Assembly: GCA_903861305.1 (NCBI GenBank)
Contig: CAIOTT010000041.1
Span: 1 to 62,771 of the forward strand
From: Candidatus Omnitrophota bacterium
Lineage (GTDB): Bacteria > Omnitrophota > Gorgyraeia > Zapsychrales > Fredricksoniimonadaceae
Reading direction: 5' to 3'
Length of the DNA stretch: 62,771 nt
Part shown: one piece after another, positions 44,488 through 53,883 of the stretch
How the letters are laid out: each line of letters opens with the position of its first letter
Position numbering within the stretch: position 1 is the first letter of the stretch
Position numbers and translations under genes: made by a program
The notes under the pieces: generated by a model
Told to the model about the DNA's origin: nothing
The model's input: the letters and a program-made list of their open reading frames with translations, nothing else
The model's database searches: none

Positions 44488-45080
44488 CAAGAGCCACACT
44501 GGTCCCCATGGTCGTTGAAAGTTCGGGCCACGCGGAGCGGGCCTATGATATTTATTCGCGCCTGCTCAAAGACCGCATCATTTTCCTGGGCACTGCGATC
44601 GATGATGTTGTGTCCAACCTTATCGTCGCCCAGCTGCTATTCCTGCAGTCCGAGGACCCTGACAAGGATATCAGCCTTTACATCAATTCGCCTGGCGGGT
44701 CCGTCACGGCGGGATTGGCCATTTACGACACCATCCAGTTCCTCAAGCCCAAGGTGAGCACCTATTGCATCGGCCAGGCGGCGAGCATGGGCGCGGTCCT
44801 TCTCACGGCCGGGGCTACCGGCAAGCGCCACGCTCTTCCGAATGCCCGTATCATGATCCATCAGCCGTGGGGCGGGGCTGAGGGGACGGCGAGCGATATT
44901 TCGATCCAGGCCAAGGAGATCCTGCGGATGAAGCAGAACCTCTCCGAGATCCTGGCCAAACACACCAAACAACCACTGGACAAGATCCTCAGGGATTCTG
45001 ACCGCGACTTTTTCATGTCAGCCGAGGAAGCCAAGGAGTATGGTCTTGTCGACGCGGTGATCCCGGCGATCACGCGTTAA
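44484..45080 (+). CDS. clpP: ATP-dependent Clp protease proteolytic subunit
   Basis: Catalytic Ser context GQAASMGA, His context IMIHQP. ATG 44484 overlaps the tig stop. RBS gggaggagg. Confidence 0.93.
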   Translation: MTRATLVPMVVESSGHAERAYDIYSRLLKDRIIFLGTAIDDVVSNLIVAQLLFLQSEDPDKDISLYINSPGGSVTAGLAIYDTIQFLKPKVSTYCIGQAASMGAVLLTAGATGKRHALPNARIMIHQPWGGAEGTASDISIQAKEILRMKQNLSEILAKHTKQPLDKILRDSDRDFFMSAEEAKEYGLVDAVIPAITR

Positions 45081-45098
45081 GAAGAAAAGGATATCCGT

Positions 45099-46238
45099 AT
45101 GAAAAAGAACCTCTTGTTGACCCCGGGCCCCTCCAAAGTCCCGGTTGAACTTTGTGAAGTGCTGGGCAAGCCGATCATCCATCACCGCACGCCCCAGTTC
45201 CAGCAGGTGCTCAAGGAAGTGTTTGCCGGCCTGAAACAGCTGATCGGGACATCGTCGGATGTCTATCTTCTGGCGTCATCGGGGACGGGCGCCATGGAGG
45301 CGGCCGTGGCCAATCTGGTCAATCCGGGTGACAAGGTCATTACGGTTGAGTACGGGAAATTCGGCGAACGTTGGACAGCCCTTGTCAAAGCCTTCAAGGC
45401 AACGCCCGTTGTTCTCAAGGTCGCGTGGGGCCGCGCTGTGACGGTCGAGGAGATCAAAAAGGCTTTGGCCGAGAACCCTGATGCCAAGGCGGTATTTTTG
45501 ACGCAGTGTGAAACGTCCACCGCGGTGACACCGGATCTTGCGATCATCGGGGCTTTCCTCAAGGCGACGAAGGTTGCGCTTGTCGTGGACGCGGTCAGTG
45601 CCATGGGCACCGAACCGGTCAGGATGGATGATTGGGGGGTTGACGTTTATTGTTCCGGTTCGCACAAGGGCATGATGTTGCCACCGGGGGTCGGGGTTGT
45701 GGCGGTGAGTGCCAAGGCTATCGCCATGATCGACGCATCCACCAATGTGCGGTTCTATTTTGACCTGCGCAAGGCCAGGAAAGCGCTCGCGGACACGGAT
45801 ACGCCTTTCACGCCGGCGATCGGCATTGTGATCGCGCTCAATGAGGCGATCAAGATGCTTCTTGCTGAGGGCATTGACAATAAACAGGCCTATTACCTGA
45901 AGTTGGCCAAAGCGGTCTGGGCGGGTGCCGAGGCTATCGGCCTTGGCGTTTACGCACAGCCCGAGTTCCGTTCCAGGGCCCTGACGGCTATCCTTGTGCC
46001 GGAAGCGTTGAATCCCAAGAAACTGGTCAAGACCATGCGCGATGTCCACGGGATCACGTTCGCGGGCGGGCAGGGCGATCTCGACGGTAAGGTCATTCGT
46101 ATTGCGCACATGGGCGCGGTCGATGAATATGATATCCTTGCGGGCCTCTCCTGCCTTGAGAAGGTGCTCAAGGAAGCCGGCCATAAATTCGAACTTGGCG
46201 CCAGCCTTGCGGCGGCCCAAAAAGTATTCAATAGTTAA
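45099..46238 (+). CDS. Class-V aminotransferase (serine-pyruvate / phosphoserine aminotransferase-like)
   Basis: LLTPGPSKVP N-terminus and PLP-Lys context CSGSHKG. Sits immediately upstream of serA. Confidence 0.75.
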   Translation: MKKNLLLTPGPSKVPVELCEVLGKPIIHHRTPQFQQVLKEVFAGLKQLIGTSSDVYLLASSGTGAMEAAVANLVNPGDKVITVEYGKFGERWTALVKAFKATPVVLKVAWGRAVTVEEIKKALAENPDAKAVFLTQCETSTAVTPDLAIIGAFLKATKVALVVDAVSAMGTEPVRMDDWGVDVYCSGSHKGMMLPPGVGVVAVSAKAIAMIDASTNVRFYFDLRKARKALADTDTPFTPAIGIVIALNEAIKMLLAEGIDNKQAYYLKLAKAVWAGAEAIGLGVYAQPEFRSRALTAILVPEALNPKKLVKTMRDVHGITFAGGQGDLDGKVIRIAHMGAVDEYDILAGLSCLEKVLKEAGHKFELGASLAAAQKVFNS

Positions 46239-46249
46239 GGAGTTCTACC

Positions 46250-47842
46250 ATGGCAAAAATGAAGATCCTTGTCAGCGATAAATTGGCGGAAGAAGGGTTG
46301 AGCATCCTTAAGGAAGGGGATGCCTTCGACGTTGATTGCAAATATGACCTTAAACCGGACCAGCTCAAGGCGGTCATCGGTGATTATGATGCGCTCATTG
46401 TGCGCAGTGGCACGCAGGTGACCGAGGATGTGATCGCGGCTGCGGGCAGACTTAAGGTGATCGGCCGTGCCGGTGTCGGGCTTGACAATGTGGACCTCAA
46501 GGCCGCGACCAAAAAGGGCATCATTGCCATGAACACGCCCGGCGGCAACACGACCTCCACGGCGGAGCACGCTTTCAGCCTCATCATGGCCCTTGCCCGT
46601 AATGTGCCTCAGGCGCATGCGTCCATGAAGGCCGGCAAGTGGGAGCGCAACAAGTTCCAGGGGGTCGAGCTTTACGGCAAGACCCTTGGCGTGATCGGCC
46701 TTGGCCGCATCGGGTCAACGGTCGCAAAGTTCGCCCAGGGGTTTGGCATGGCCATCAAGGCGTACGACCCGTTCCTTTCGGCGGAGATGGCAGCCAAGAG
46801 GGGCATCGTCATGGCGACCCTCGATGATCTTATCCGCAACTCGGATTTTATCACCATTCATGTTCCCAAGACAGATGAGACCAAGGGGATGATCGGTGAT
46901 AAAGAGATCGCCCTCATGAAGAAGACCGTGCGCCTGGTCAATTGCGCGCGCGGCGGCATCATCGATGAAGCGGCACTGGTCCGGGCGCTTGAGACAAAAC
47001 GCATCGCGGGCGCTGCGCTGGATGTTTATGACGAGGAGCCGCCGAAGCCGGATCAGCCTCTGTTGAAATTCGATCAATGTGTCCTGACGCCGCATCTGGG
47101 CGCTTCGACCGCCGAGGCTCAGGTCAATGTGGCTATTGAAATAGCGCTTACGGTCAAGGACGCGCTGTTGGGCAAGGGTGTGCGCAACGCGGCCAACTTC
47201 CCCTCGCTCGACGAGGAAACCTACAAGCTCCTGGAGCCTTATATTGACCTGGGTGACAAACTCGGAAAATTCGCCGGCCAGCTTGTCAACGGCGGGATCA
47301 AGGCTATCAAGATATCGTACAGCGGGGTCCTCGCGAAATACAATATCATGCCGGTCACCATGGCGCTGGCGCACGGGGTCCTCAAGCCGATCCTGGCGGA
47401 CAATGTGAACGCCATCAATTCCATCGATATCGCCAAGGAACGCGGCATCGATATCCAGCAGGTACATCTGAATTCAGAGAGCGAGTTCGTCAATTGCATC
47501 ACACTGGAACTTGTGACCGACACGGAAAAGCTTGAGGTTTGGGGCACGCTTTCCGCCAACAAGAAACCCAGGATCGTCAAGGTCAACAATGTGTACGTTG
47601 AGGCCATGCCTTCCGGGAACATCCTTTTTATCCGTAACAATGATATCCCGGGCATCGTGGGAGCTGTGGGAACAGCCCTTGGCAATGCCAGGATCAATAT
47701 TGCTTACATCACCTTCGGCCGTGAGAAAGAAGGATCCACCGCCGTGAGCGTCGTGAATGTCGACGGAGATGTTCCCGCCGCGGTCATTGAGGGGCTTAAG
47801 GCGGTCAAGGGGATCCAGTTCGTCAGGATGCTCAAGGTCTGA
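46250..47842 (+). CDS. serA: D-3-phosphoglycerate dehydrogenase (long form with ASB and ACT domains)
   Basis: MKILVSDKL start, NAD motif GVIGLGRIGS, CARGG. 530 aa with a C-terminal ACT-like region. Confidence 0.9.
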   Translation: MAKMKILVSDKLAEEGLSILKEGDAFDVDCKYDLKPDQLKAVIGDYDALIVRSGTQVTEDVIAAAGRLKVIGRAGVGLDNVDLKAATKKGIIAMNTPGGNTTSTAEHAFSLIMALARNVPQAHASMKAGKWERNKFQGVELYGKTLGVIGLGRIGSTVAKFAQGFGMAIKAYDPFLSAEMAAKRGIVMATLDDLIRNSDFITIHVPKTDETKGMIGDKEIALMKKTVRLVNCARGGIIDEAALVRALETKRIAGAALDVYDEEPPKPDQPLLKFDQCVLTPHLGASTAEAQVNVAIEIALTVKDALLGKGVRNAANFPSLDEETYKLLEPYIDLGDKLGKFAGQLVNGGIKAIKISYSGVLAKYNIMPVTMALAHGVLKPILADNVNAINSIDIAKERGIDIQQVHLNSESEFVNCITLELVTDTEKLEVWGTLSANKKPRIVKVNNVYVEAMPSGNILFIRNNDIPGIVGAVGTALGNARINIAYITFGREKEGSTAVSVVNVDGDVPAAVIEGLKAVKGIQFVRMLKV

Positions 47843-47848
47843 TACTGT

Positions 47849-48550
47849 ATGGGCCTGGACCTGCCTGATCTGATCCTGACGGGTTTGCAGGAAGCTTTTT
47901 CACCGCCCTTGATGGCGGTCGCCGGGATATTGGGGCTGGCGTGTTTTATTCTGCGTCCGTCGGGGAAGGACGCCCTGCGGGTGTTCTTTGTGAAGTTCAT
48001 GGTGACGCTTGTCATGTTGAGAGTGTTCCTTGATTCGGGGGCGGCGAATGTGCTGGTTTTTTCGCCCCGATTCTTAGCGGCGGCTGTTTGGGCTTATGGG
48101 CTTATAGGCGCCATCTTCCTGGTCACCGGGGGCGCATTCTTTTACGAACGCCTGGCGCTGATCCGGGATGGGTCTTTACCGTTTGCCGGATTTTTACGCG
48201 GCGTGAAGTTGGGCAAGGTCGGTCTTTCGGTCCTCGCTACTGTTGCCGCGGTGGTGGCGGCTTTGTGGATCAGTGCCTGGCCGTTGAGTTATCGTGTGGC
48301 CCTGCAGGGTGGCATGTTGTTCTCGGTGTATGGCTTTCTTGATGCACTGAGGGGGCTGGTCCTGTATGAGATCTTGCGGAATTCCGGGTCTTTGCTGGCG
48401 GGAGTTGTCTTTCTCCTGTCTTTGTCCGGAAAGCCGGCGGAGGTTCTCAGGGCGCGTAAGACGCTTGTGGCCGTCATGATGTCCGCGGTTTATCTGGCCG
48501 CGGGCGGGTCCTTGCTCTCTTTTTGTTATATGGTCCACGTCGGGCCATGA
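47849..48550 (+). CDS. Hypothetical integral membrane protein (~6 TM)
   Basis: Hydrophobic 233-aa ORF filling the serA-purA gap, with host-like codon usage. No recognisable motif. Confidence 0.5.
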   Translation: MGLDLPDLILTGLQEAFSPPLMAVAGILGLACFILRPSGKDALRVFFVKFMVTLVMLRVFLDSGAANVLVFSPRFLAAAVWAYGLIGAIFLVTGGAFFYERLALIRDGSLPFAGFLRGVKLGKVGLSVLATVAAVVAALWISAWPLSYRVALQGGMLFSVYGFLDALRGLVLYEILRNSGSLLAGVVFLLSLSGKPAEVLRARKTLVAVMMSAVYLAAGGSLLSFCYMVHVGP

Positions 48551-48589
48551 TAAGTTCTTTACGTTCGCTTATATAAAAAGGAAGGTCTG

Positions 48590-49861
48590 ATGAATATTGT
48601 TGTTGTCGGGGCGCAATGGGGTGATGAAGGCAAAGGTAAGCTGATCGATATCCTTTCGAAGGATGTTGATGTGATCGTCCGCTATCAAGGTGGAAGCAAT
48701 GCCGGGCATACTGTCATTGTAGGCAAGGAACATTACGTATTCCATTTGTTGCCTTCAGCGATCCTGCGTAAAGGAAAGGTCTGTGTGATCGGCAATGGTG
48801 TTGTTGTTGATCCTAAAGCCCTGCTTGAAGAAATTGACGGTCTGGAAAAGCGCGGGGTCCGGGTAACGCCTTTGCAGTTGAAGATCGCGGTCAACGCGCA
48901 TGTGGTCATGCCGTATCACCGTGTCCTTGACGGGTTGCGCGAGAAAATGCGCGAGCACCGCATCGGGACAACGGGGCGGGGGATCGGGCCGTGCTATGCT
49001 GACAAGGTCACGCGCTGCGGGATCCGCATGGTCGACCTGCTGAATCCCCGGGTATTCCGTTCCAAGCTTCAGGACAATTTGCGCGAGAAGAACGAATATT
49101 TCAAGAAGGTCTTTGGTCAGAAAGGCTTCGCTTTTGACGGGATCTACCGTGAATACATGGGTTATGCCCGCCGCCTCAAGCCATATGTCAGCGATACGGC
49201 GCTTTACGTTAACGGGGCGATCGACCGCAAGAAGTCGGTGCTCTTTGAAGGGGCACAGGGGGCTTTTCTTGATATTGATTTCGGAACGTATCCTTTCGTG
49301 ACGTCATCCAATACAACTGTCGGTGGTGTGGCCAGCGGCAGTGGCGTGGCCCCGACCAAGCTCGACAAGATCATCGCCGCGGTCAAGGCGTACACGACCC
49401 GTGTCGGCGAAGGGCCTTTCCCGACAGAATTTGACAGCAAGATGGAAGAGCTGATCCGTGCCAAAGGCAGGGAGTTCGGGGCGACCACGGGCCGGGCTCG
49501 GCGCTGCGGATGGTTCGATAGCGTCCTGGTCCGCTACGCGGCGATCGTTGGCGGCTTCGATGAGCTGGCGATCATGAAACTGGATGTTCTCGATGAGCTT
49601 AAAGAGATCAGTTTATGCACGGCTTACAAATATAAGGGTAAGACCTTCAGGGATTTTCCGCATGATTATGAGGTCTGGTGCCATGCCAAGCCTGTTTATG
49701 AGACGATGCCAGGCTGGCAGCAGCCGACCGGCAAGGTGCGTGAATACCGCAAGCTTCCTCCCCAGGCGCGCAAGTACATCGAACGCATGCAGGAGCTGGT
49801 GGGGGTCCCGATAAAATATATCTCTATCGGTTCCGAACGTGACGAGATCATCGTCAGGTGA
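48590..49861 (+). CDS. purA: Adenylosuccinate synthase
   Basis: GAQWGDEGKGK P-loop, GTTGRGIGP, GATTGR. Confidence 0.95.
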   Translation: MNIVVVGAQWGDEGKGKLIDILSKDVDVIVRYQGGSNAGHTVIVGKEHYVFHLLPSAILRKGKVCVIGNGVVVDPKALLEEIDGLEKRGVRVTPLQLKIAVNAHVVMPYHRVLDGLREKMREHRIGTTGRGIGPCYADKVTRCGIRMVDLLNPRVFRSKLQDNLREKNEYFKKVFGQKGFAFDGIYREYMGYARRLKPYVSDTALYVNGAIDRKKSVLFEGAQGAFLDIDFGTYPFVTSSNTTVGGVASGSGVAPTKLDKIIAAVKAYTTRVGEGPFPTEFDSKMEELIRAKGREFGATTGRARRCGWFDSVLVRYAAIVGGFDELAIMKLDVLDELKEISLCTAYKYKGKTFRDFPHDYEVWCHAKPVYETMPGWQQPTGKVREYRKLPPQARKYIERMQELVGVPIKYISIGSERDEIIVR

Positions 49862-49880
49862 TATTTGATGACCGTGTCCT

Positions 49881-49909
49881 TGACGCTGTGATGGCCTTGT
49901 GTTAGTTTG
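49881..49909 (+). promoter_or_regulatory. Putative sigma70-type promoter of the OmpA-lipoprotein gene
   Basis: TTGACG, 17-nt spacer, TAGTTT. Confidence 0.35.
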
Positions 49910-49951
49910 AAAACCGGGTTTGAGGGCAAGAATCCTTTCCAGGGGGGCTCC

Positions 49952-50557
49952 ATGCGCGCAAAAGTTCTTTTTATTGTGTTGGTCCTGCTTGTCGTCGCTC
50001 CGCTGAGCGGGTGCACGATAGTTTTTCAAAAGGGCCGTCGTGTGGACGTTGAAAGGATCTCTCGCCTTAAGAACGAATTGAGCCAGCTTGAACGGGCGAA
50101 AAAAGAACTTGAGGACCGCCTTTCGAAGGAGATAGCGGACAAGGAGGTCAAGGTCGAAATGCTTGCCAAGGGCCTTGTCATCACCTTCGTTGAGGAGGTC
50201 CTTTTTGATTCGGGCAAGGCGGCCCTGCGTGAGGATTCTTTTCAGAAGATCGCCAAGGTGACCGGCGTCCTTCAGACGACCGTGGCTGACCTTAATATCG
50301 GGATCGAAGGGCATACGGATAATCAGCCCATAAAATATTCTTCCTGGAAGTCCAATTGGGAGCTTTCCTCGGCGCGTGCGCTGAGCGTCCTGCATGATCT
50401 TGAAGAAAAAGGCGGCGTAAAGCCTGAACGCCTCGCGGCGATCGGGTACGGTGAATACCGTCCTGTGGCGTCGAACGACACGTCCGAGGGGCGTCAGAAG
50501 AACCGCCGCGTGGAGATCGTCATTCTGCCGCCGGTTACGAAAAAGACCGCCGAGTGA
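49952..50557 (+). CDS. OmpA/MotB-family peptidoglycan-binding lipoprotein
   Basis: Lipobox LSGC after the hydrophobic signal MRAKVLFIVLVLLVVAP. A short coiled coil follows. OmpA_C motifs GHTDNQP, NWELSSARA, NRRVEIV. Confidence 0.8.
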   Translation: MRAKVLFIVLVLLVVAPLSGCTIVFQKGRRVDVERISRLKNELSQLERAKKELEDRLSKEIADKEVKVEMLAKGLVITFVEEVLFDSGKAALREDSFQKIAKVTGVLQTTVADLNIGIEGHTDNQPIKYSSWKSNWELSSARALSVLHDLEEKGGVKPERLAAIGYGEYRPVASNDTSEGRQKNRRVEIVILPPVTKKTAE

Positions 50558-50585
50558 TGGCGTTTTCCCCAAGCGGAGAACCAGC

Positions 50586-51077
50586 GTGAAAAAAGGTATT
50601 TTGTTCATTCTTTTTCTTGTGGCCGCCGGGAGCATTGCGCTCGTGGTGAAGTTCAACAAGGAAAATTCTGATGTGACCCGCACCCTTGAAGAGGAGCGTT
50701 ACAGCCGTATGACGGCTGAACAGGAGCTCCAGAAGGGGGAATACCGTGTCAAGAAACTTGAGGCTGAACTTCAGACAACACAGGTCAAGCTGTCTCATAT
50801 TCAGGAGACGCTTGATAAGACCAGGGCTGAGAACGGTTCATTGAAGTCCAACCTGGAGTCCATGCAGCAGGGGCAGTCCCAGGAAGAGGATTTGCGCAAG
50901 GATCTTCAGCAGGTCAAGGGGATGAAGGCGGATCTTGAGCAGAAATTGAGTGATGCCCAGGAAGCGGCCAGGAAAGCCCTTGAAGATGCCCAGCAGGCCA
51001 AAGAGCGCGCCGTGGCGGCCGAACGGAAAGCGGCCCAGCAACAGGCAGCAGCGGCTTCCCTCGCGGGTAATAAATAA
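50586..51077 (+). CDS. Membrane-anchored coiled-coil protein (hypothetical)
   Basis: GTG 50586 with RBS ggaga. One N-terminal TM (ILFILFLVAAGSIALVV) is followed by ~140 aa of heptad-like E/K/Q-rich sequence. Confidence 0.55.
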   Translation: MKKGILFILFLVAAGSIALVVKFNKENSDVTRTLEEERYSRMTAEQELQKGEYRVKKLEAELQTTQVKLSHIQETLDKTRAENGSLKSNLESMQQGQSQEEDLRKDLQQVKGMKADLEQKLSDAQEAARKALEDAQQAKERAVAAERKAAQQQAAAASLAGNK

Positions 51078-51129
51078 TATTGACGGGCGTGCGTTTTGTC
51101 GACGGCTGATTTCGTTGTGTTGAAAGGAT

Positions 51130-51160
51130 GGGGGATCGTGTATCCCCTTTTTTAATTTTT
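51130..51160 (+). terminator. Rho-independent terminator
   Basis: Hairpin ggggat-cgtgt-atcccc followed by ttttttaattttt. Confidence 0.65.
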
Positions 51161-51171
51161 CGGGATGAGAG

Positions 51172-51891
51172 ATGAATACGATACCGCAGCATGTGGCGAT
51201 CATCATGGATGGCAATGGGCGTTGGGCCAGGCAGCGCGGGCTTGACCGTACCCAGGGGCATATTGAAGGGGTCAAGCGTGTTGATGAGATCGTTGAGGCG
51301 GCGTCAGACGCAGGGCTCAAGGCCCTGACGCTATATACATTTTCAACGGAGAACTGGAGCCGTCCTGATACCGAAGTTTCAATGCTGATGCAGACGCTCG
51401 TCAGCGCGTTGAGCCAAAAACTGATGAAATTGTGCGCGAACAAGGTCCGTATGCGCGTTTCCGGGAGCCGGGCGGGTGCACCCCAGGCTGTCCTGGATGC
51501 CTTTGATCGCACTGTTAAAGCCACCCGGGATAATCCCGGGATGGTCCTTAACGTCGCTTTCAATTATGGCGGCCGGCAGGAGATACTGGATGCGGTCAGG
51601 TCCATCGCACGTGATTGCGCCGACGGCCGGGTAACGCCTGAATCTGTCGATGAAACATTGTTCTCATCCCGGCTGTATACAGCAGGATTGCCTGACCCTG
51701 ATCTTTTGATCCGCACTTCAGGGGAAAAGCGTATCAGTAATTTTCTTTTATGGCAGTTGTCGTATGCCGAGTTTTATTTTACCGAGAAGAACTGGCCGGA
51801 ATTCACGGTTGAGGAATTCAATAAAGCGTTGTCTGATTTTGCCGCGAGGGAGCGCCGTTACGGGCTTCTGGCGCCGAAAGAGGGGCATTGA
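51172..51891 (+). CDS. uppS: Undecaprenyl-diphosphate synthase
   Basis: HVAIIMDGNGRWA and IRTSGEKRISNFLLWQ. Confidence 0.95.
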   Translation: MNTIPQHVAIIMDGNGRWARQRGLDRTQGHIEGVKRVDEIVEAASDAGLKALTLYTFSTENWSRPDTEVSMLMQTLVSALSQKLMKLCANKVRMRVSGSRAGAPQAVLDAFDRTVKATRDNPGMVLNVAFNYGGRQEILDAVRSIARDCADGRVTPESVDETLFSSRLYTAGLPDPDLLIRTSGEKRISNFLLWQLSYAEFYFTEKNWPEFTVEEFNKALSDFAARERRYGLLAPKEGH

Positions 51892-52712
51892 TGGACCCAA
51901 AGCGTTTTGTCAGCGGGAGTGTTGCGGTGTTGCTGGTCCTGCTGGCTGCCTGGAGCTCATGGTTCTTTATCCTTCTGATAAGTTGCTTAACGGCCGGGGG
52001 ATTGTATGAGTTCTTCTATCTTATCAAGAAGAAAGAGATCCCTATTTACAGTTACACCGGGATCTTTATCGGTGTTTTGATCCCTTTGTCCATTTTTTTC
52101 CGTTTTGAGCTGACGAAGAATTGGGAGCTACTGTTCATTGTCTGCGCGTTCCTTCTTATCCTGATGCTGCAGTTCAATCGTCAGGATAACCGCAATGCCA
52201 TCCTGGGGCTTTCCACGACGCTTTTTGGGGTCCTGTATGTGTCTTGGTTCTTCAGTTTTATCGTGAAGATATATCTGTTGCTGCCAGGGTTGGAAGGCCC
52301 GAAGCTTGTCCTTTTTATCGTCGCTGTCACGAAATCAGCGGATATCGGAGCTCTTTTGATCGGCACTCGCCTGGGGAGGCATCCCTTGATCCCGAACGTG
52401 AGCCCGAACAAGTCGGTTGAAGGGACGATCGGAGGCCTCTTATGCAGTACGCTTGTCGCGGTCTTGTGCCGGGGGCTTCTTCCTGCGACGCTGGATTTTT
52501 CGACCGGTTATATAGCGCTCCTGGGATGTTTCTTTGGCGGGTTGGGACAACTGGGAGATCTCTCGGAGTCCCTTATCAAAAGAGATTGCAATGTGAAGGA
52601 TTCAGGGAATTTTGTTCCGGGTATCGGAGGGGTCCTGGACCTTATCGACAGCCTCCTTTTTTCAGCACCCGCATTCTACCTTTATATGAGCGCGGCCTTG
52701 AACCTGCATTGA
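51891..52712 (+). CDS. cdsA: Phosphatidate cytidylyltransferase family protein (divergent signature)
   Basis: Polytopic membrane protein in the canonical uppS-cdsA-dxr-rseP context. Its signature reads SLIKRDCNVKDSGNFVPGIGGVLDLIDS, where PGIGG..DL replaces the canonical PGHGG..DR. Confidence 0.8.
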   Translation: MDPKRFVSGSVAVLLVLLAAWSSWFFILLISCLTAGGLYEFFYLIKKKEIPIYSYTGIFIGVLIPLSIFFRFELTKNWELLFIVCAFLLILMLQFNRQDNRNAILGLSTTLFGVLYVSWFFSFIVKIYLLLPGLEGPKLVLFIVAVTKSADIGALLIGTRLGRHPLIPNVSPNKSVEGTIGGLLCSTLVAVLCRGLLPATLDFSTGYIALLGCFFGGLGQLGDLSESLIKRDCNVKDSGNFVPGIGGVLDLIDSLLFSAPAFYLYMSAALNLH

Positions 52713-52719
52713 GTCCTTT

Positions 52720-53883
52720 ATGAAAAAAAGACGCATTGCTGTCCTTGGTTCCACCGGATCGATCGGCATGAACACGCTGCGGGTTATCGCCCGTCATCCC
52801 GATCATTTTGAGGTGGCCGCTCTGACGGCGTGCAACAGCGTCCGAGCGATCGAGCGGCAGATACGCGCATGCAAGCCGAAATACGTTGCCCTTGCCCGTG
52901 AACATATCCTGCCGCTGGAAAAAAAGTTCCCGGGAGTAAGGTTCTTTGATGTGGCGGACGGGCTTGAAGAACTTGTTGTGCAGAAAGACATCGATGTGGT
53001 CGTGATCGCGATGACAGGGGCGGCGGCCCTGGCGCCTTTTCTGGCGGCGGCGCGCGCGGGAAAGATCATTGCGCCGGCGAACAAGGAAGCGCTGGTCATG
53101 GCCGGTGATATCCTGATGGCTTCAGCGCAGCGTCACGGGGCGAAGGTCATCCCCGTCGACAGCGAGCAGAGCGCTATCTTTCAATGCCTTGAAGGCCGCC
53201 AGTCCAGGGACCTTTACAAGGTCCATTTGACCGCGTCGGGTGGCGCTTTGCGGAATGTGCCAGCGTCACGGCACGACCGGTTCTCGGTCAAAGAGGTGCT
53301 GTCCCATCCCCGCTGGAAGATGGGGGCCAAGATCACCGTGGATTCCGCGACGTTGATGAACAAGGGGTTTGAAGTGATCGAAGCCCAGCGGCTGTTCGAC
53401 CTTGGGAGTGAAATGGTGCACGTGGTCATTCACCCTGAAGCTATCATCCATTCCATGGTGGAATTCTGCGATGGATCCATCCTGGCCCAGCTAAGTGTCA
53501 CGGATATGCGTTTGCCGATCCAGTACGCGCTGGGATATCCCGGGCGTCTTCCGGCACCTGTCGGGCGGCTGGACTTTGTAAGGTTGGGAAAACTCACGTT
53601 CGCCAGGCCGGATGTCACGGCATTCCCGCTGCTGGCGCTGGCCTTTGAAGTTGCACGCGCGGGAGGGGTGTTGCCGGCAGTTCTTAATGCCGCTGATGAA
53701 GTGGCGGTCGGCGCGTTCCTTCAGGGCGGGATAAAGTTCACGGGGATCCACAGGATCGTCGCGGCGACCGTGCACGCGCACCGGGGCTTGCCGTCCTGCC
53801 GCAAGCCCGGCCTGAAAGATATTGAAATGGCGGATGCCTGGGCCAGGGTGAAGGCCACAGAGATCATGGAAAGGATAAGATGA
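52720..53883 (+). CDS. dxr: 1-deoxy-D-xylulose 5-phosphate reductoisomerase
   Basis: IAVLGSTGSIG NADPH motif. 387 aa. Confidence 0.93.
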   Translation: MKKRRIAVLGSTGSIGMNTLRVIARHPDHFEVAALTACNSVRAIERQIRACKPKYVALAREHILPLEKKFPGVRFFDVADGLEELVVQKDIDVVVIAMTGAAALAPFLAAARAGKIIAPANKEALVMAGDILMASAQRHGAKVIPVDSEQSAIFQCLEGRQSRDLYKVHLTASGGALRNVPASRHDRFSVKEVLSHPRWKMGAKITVDSATLMNKGFEVIEAQRLFDLGSEMVHVVIHPEAIIHSMVEFCDGSILAQLSVTDMRLPIQYALGYPGRLPAPVGRLDFVRLGKLTFARPDVTAFPLLALAFEVARAGGVLPAVLNAADEVAVGAFLQGGIKFTGIHRIVAATVHAHRGLPSCRKPGLKDIEMADAWARVKATEIMERIR

